Assembly: GCA_016933055.1 (NCBI GenBank) | Contig: JAFGBS010000002.1 | Location: 167,905-199,904 of the forward strand | Direction of reading: 5' to 3' | Length of the DNA stretch: 32,000 nt | Source: Promethearchaeota archaeon | GTDB taxonomy: Archaea; Asgardarchaeota; Lokiarchaeia; Sigyniarchaeales; Promethearchaeaceae | Shown here: positions 29,571 through 32,000 of the stretch, piece by piece | How positions within the stretch are numbered: position 1 is the first letter of the stretch | Layout: the number at the start of each line of letters is the position of its first letter | Position numbers and translations under genes: made by a program | Notes under the pieces: generated by a model | The model's input: the letters and a program-made list of their open reading frames with translations, nothing else | Databases searched by the model: none | What the model was told of the DNA's origin: nothing

Positions 29571-29902
29571 TACCATTGGTAACGATCAATCAATATTCGA
29601 TTTATTTAGTGAATTTAGATCCCACAATAGGACATGAAATACAGAAAATTCGCCCTTGTTTGATAATTTCCCCAGATGAAATGAATCACAATATTGCTAC
29701 TGTGATAATTGCACCGTTAACTTCGAAATCTCGGGATTATCCGACTCGAGTCGAAATACAACTCCAAGGAAAAAATGGTTGGATTGTTTTAGATCAGATT
29801 CGGACCATTGATAAAAGTCGAATCATCCGAAAAGTGGGAAAAATTTCACCACAACAAATTCAGAAGGTAAAATCAGTCATTAAAGAGATGCTAGTGGATT
29901 AG
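29564..29902 (+). CDS. mazF: MazF/PemK-family endoribonuclease toxin
   Basis: VNLDPTIGHEIQKIRPCLIIS, APLTS, VLDQIRTIDKSR; the real start may be TTG 29576. Confidence 0.92.
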   Translation: MVIPLVTINQYSIYLVNLDPTIGHEIQKIRPCLIISPDEMNHNIATVIIAPLTSKSRDYPTRVEIQLQGKNGWIVLDQIRTIDKSRIIRKVGKISPQQIQKVKSVIKEMLVD

Positions 29903-29909
29903 AAGTAAT

Positions 29910-30033
29910 GGGGTAGGCTGAACGTTTGTATTGGTATTTTGATTCGATTCGATATCGTTATCTGTTTGCTCATCTCACGAATAGTCCACTTCCGGGTAGT
30001 CTTCTATTGTTGATGTAGACGTATTTTGGTGTT
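29910..30033 (-). repeat. Copy R2 of the 23S 3'-trailer repeat (closest to the resident copy)
   Basis: Aligns to 31261-31379 with 9 substitutions (all transitions) and 2 indels by manual count; a 37-nt block is identical (29968-30004 = 31314-31350). Confidence 0.95.
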
Positions 30034-31147
30034 TGACTCTTGTGGTTACCCATAACAATAGAGAGATTATCGCGATTGATAAAGACAAACTAATTCCTAA
30101 AAATCCTGATATTGAACGATCGGAAGAAAATGTCTGTCCAAATTGTACATCGATTTCAAATCCGTTAAAATCCTTGAAATCTTCAATATTAATTAAATAG
30201 GTATGAAAAAACCATCTTTCTTGGTTATTATATTCATCATAATAAGGTAAGTAATAATCCATATCGCCTGACATATCCTCTATAACACTATGCCAAACAA
30301 ATTCTGAGATTTGGTTTTCATCTGGCGGACAGAATTTTCTCTGAAAGGTTGAATATCCAGTAGAGCTATGATCGTTAACTCTTGTCCATAGAGAGACATA
30401 AAACATCATTTTCATATAATAAAGAGCAGAGCAATTTATGGGAGCTTCTCTGATAGTGGTAGTTATAATTTTTCCAAATGCAAAATAATCCGAAATATTT
30501 GGCCAAAACACTTCTGTTCTCAATTGATGATAAGTTTTGTTTTCTCCATCGGAAGTCTCAATATTAATCCCAAACTCGAAATGATTTGGATGGGTAGTTA
30601 GTATTGGAACTTTGCCGAATCTGGAAGGTAGTTTCGCATGTTCACCATAACTTATTGATTCCCAAATGGAGCAGTCAATGTGCTGAATTTTAACCTCTGC
30701 ATAATCAATTTGATTAGATAAATTATAAACTAAGAATTCTTCAAAAAATACCCGTGTTCCGTTGGGTATTGAAATATTCACGTATCTCACGTAAGTATTT
30801 ATGGTATTATTGACCAACCAGGTAAATTGCACTCCCAAGGGTGTGGAAGTACTATTTAATCCATAATCTTTATGATGCACTTCCAATGCATAGCGGATTT
30901 CATAAAAAATTCCTGTAACATTTGTTATTTCGATAGCTGTAACATTAAGTATCGCTCCGGTATACGAAGAATACATACCCCATCGTGTTTCATTGAAAAT
31001 AATCCGTTGAATATTTTCATCGATTGCACTAATGTTAATTAAAGAATTTAGCCGATTTTCAGAATTTTCAATAGCAACAGCAGAAAACGTCGAAAATAAG
31101 ATTATAATCAGCGTACTCCACATAAACCATTTTTGTGTTCTTTTCAC
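29975..31147 (-). CDS. Secreted/surface protein with N-terminal signal and C-terminal TM anchor; last ~20 codons encoded by repeat R2
   Basis: Signal MKRTQKWFMWSTLIIILFSTFSAVA, Asn-rich body, TM FLGISLSLSIAIISLLLWV, tail HQNTSTSTIEDYPEVDYS inside R2. Confidence 0.85.
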   Translation of the reverse strand: MKRTQKWFMWSTLIIILFSTFSAVAIENSENRLNSLINISAIDENIQRIIFNETRWGMYSSYTGAILNVTAIEITNVTGIFYEIRYALEVHHKDYGLNSTSTPLGVQFTWLVNNTINTYVRYVNISIPNGTRVFFEEFLVYNLSNQIDYAEVKIQHIDCSIWESISYGEHAKLPSRFGKVPILTTHPNHFEFGINIETSDGENKTYHQLRTEVFWPNISDYFAFGKIITTTIREAPINCSALYYMKMMFYVSLWTRVNDHSSTGYSTFQRKFCPPDENQISEFVWHSVIEDMSGDMDYYLPYYDEYNNQERWFFHTYLINIEDFKDFNGFEIDVQFGQTFSSDRSISGFLGISLSLSIAIISLLLWVTTRVKHQNTSTSTIEDYPEVDYS

Positions 31148-31256
31148 AAGTATTCAACCTACACAAAGATTGGTTTATCTTTTGGCTAATCCCATATTTA
31201 AATAGATACATAGCGCTATTGCCTTAGATTATGAGAATGAAAAAAATAGATAAAAA

Positions 31257-31590
31257 GGGGGGGTAGGCTGAACGTTTGATATTGATATTTCGATTCGGTA
31301 TCGTTACCTGCTCGCTCATCTCACGAATAGTCCACTTCCGGGTAGTCTTCCATTGTTGGTGTAGACATGTTTTGGTGTTGGCGTGCCCCATTACCTGTTT
31401 GGTTCTGGTTTGTAGATATGCATCCCGTTGATGCTGCACTTTGCTTGTGTTGGTTCATTCGGTGCATTATGTTCCAGATACCTTGATTCTTGCTATCGTG
31501 CTACGTTGAATGATTTTTCATTCATTGACACATAACAGCAGACAGCGGACACAGATCAGACCGTGCCGCTCAAAGCCTGAACCCATATGC
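31257..31590 (-). other. 23S rRNA 3' trailer (resident copy R1) ending in a C7/T-rich putative terminator
   Basis: Directly follows the 23S 3' end; minus strand ends ...AAACGTTCAGCCTACCCCCCCTTTTTATCTATTTTTTT; no 5S or tRNA recognisable. Confidence 0.75.
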
Positions 31591-31607
31591 CCCCGTTCCA
31601 CTCACAC

Positions 31608-32000
31608 GCTTGAACGGTTGAAAACGGCGGGCTAAATACGTCGGCCGTAGCCTTCGCACGTACACCCCCGTCTCACCTAACGGGTCTTTTACCCGAGTTC
31701 TCGTCACCCACCCGCCCCCATAGTCGCCTATTGAGGCTCGTCATCGGACGCGTCATTTTGAACAGCCATGGTTCCTCATACTCTGGAAAGGGTACTTCTC
31801 CACTTACTGTAAAGCGGATCGGCTCCGCAACGCACCCTGTGATGGGTGAATGGGTGTTTATTTTCGGGGCATATTTCGCGCTTAGATGCTTTCAGCGCTT
31901 ATCATTTGGAGCGTAGCTGCTTGGCTTACCCTGTCGGATAACCAATAGACCAGAGGCTCCCACGCGTTGTTCCTCTCGTACTGCACGCGTGCTGCCCTCA
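31608..32000 (-). rRNA. rrl: 23S rRNA, 3'-terminal ~390 nt (continues beyond window; 3' end approximate)
   Basis: Sarcin-ricin loop AGUACGAGAGGAAC (31982-31969), GAUAAGCGCUGAAAGCAUCUAAGCGCGAAA, archaeal-type ...UUUAGCCCGCCG terminus. Confidence 0.97.

Noticed and set aside
29563-29582. Stop-codon recoding at the mazE/mazF junction (TGG TGA TAC CAT TGG TAA)
   Set aside because: More simply a small duplication of the ATTGGT(G/A)A stop/start overlap; no recoding signal is seen.
31224-31439. 71-aa minus-strand ORF, and a 48-aa ORF in another frame, in the trailer
   Set aside because: Low-complexity products from A/C-rich spacer DNA; indels between repeat copies do not preserve the frame.
22761-31590. 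Canonical integron attC array
   Set aside because: GCTGAAC resembles an R'' box, and one copy (28489-28507) even reads CTGAACATTTCGTTCAAG. However, I found no matching downstream GTTCAGC/GTTRRRY R' box or long palindrome in the copies, no intI, and the cargo lies in both orientations. IntegronFinder would settle it.
22761-31590. CRISPR array or MITE family
   Set aside because: Spacing is kilobases and irregular, the copies are degenerate and variable in length, and no terminal inverted repeats or target-site duplications are visible.
31731-31916. 61-aa plus-strand ORF
   Set aside because: Antisense to the 23S rRNA; spurious.

Overview
AT-rich archaeal DNA, most likely a Lokiarchaeota-type Asgard archaeon. 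This rests on an archaeal 23S rRNA 3' end with a ~150-nt ES39-position expansion, a Rab-like GTPase, an LRR protein and an archaeal CTP-dependent riboflavin kinase; it was inferred without a database search. Bases 1-21300 hold mostly housekeeping and metabolic genes: sulfatase, esterase, MFS, ribK, two tandem Ddl-like ATP-grasp ligases, DUF5320/DUF134, LysE, SDR, Gfo/Idh/MocA and fhs. This part also has a Rab-like protein with G1, G3, G4 and G5 nucleotide-binding motifs all altered, and a 58-aa Zn-finger-like gene missed by the ORF track. Bases ~21360-31590 lie directly downstream of the minus-strand 23S rRNA gene and are the main discovery. They form a stacked array of unrelated cargo blocks: three different toxin-antitoxin pairs, surface/membrane proteins, a truncated LRR gene and a decayed gene. 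The blocks are separated by six further copies of the rRNA operon's own 3' trailer (seven including the resident one). All copies share one fixed end (GGGTAGGCTGAACGTTT on +), are truncated to different lengths at the other end, and broadly decay with distance from the 23S gene. This looks like an rRNA-anchored gene-capture array with no integrase or canonical attC in view.
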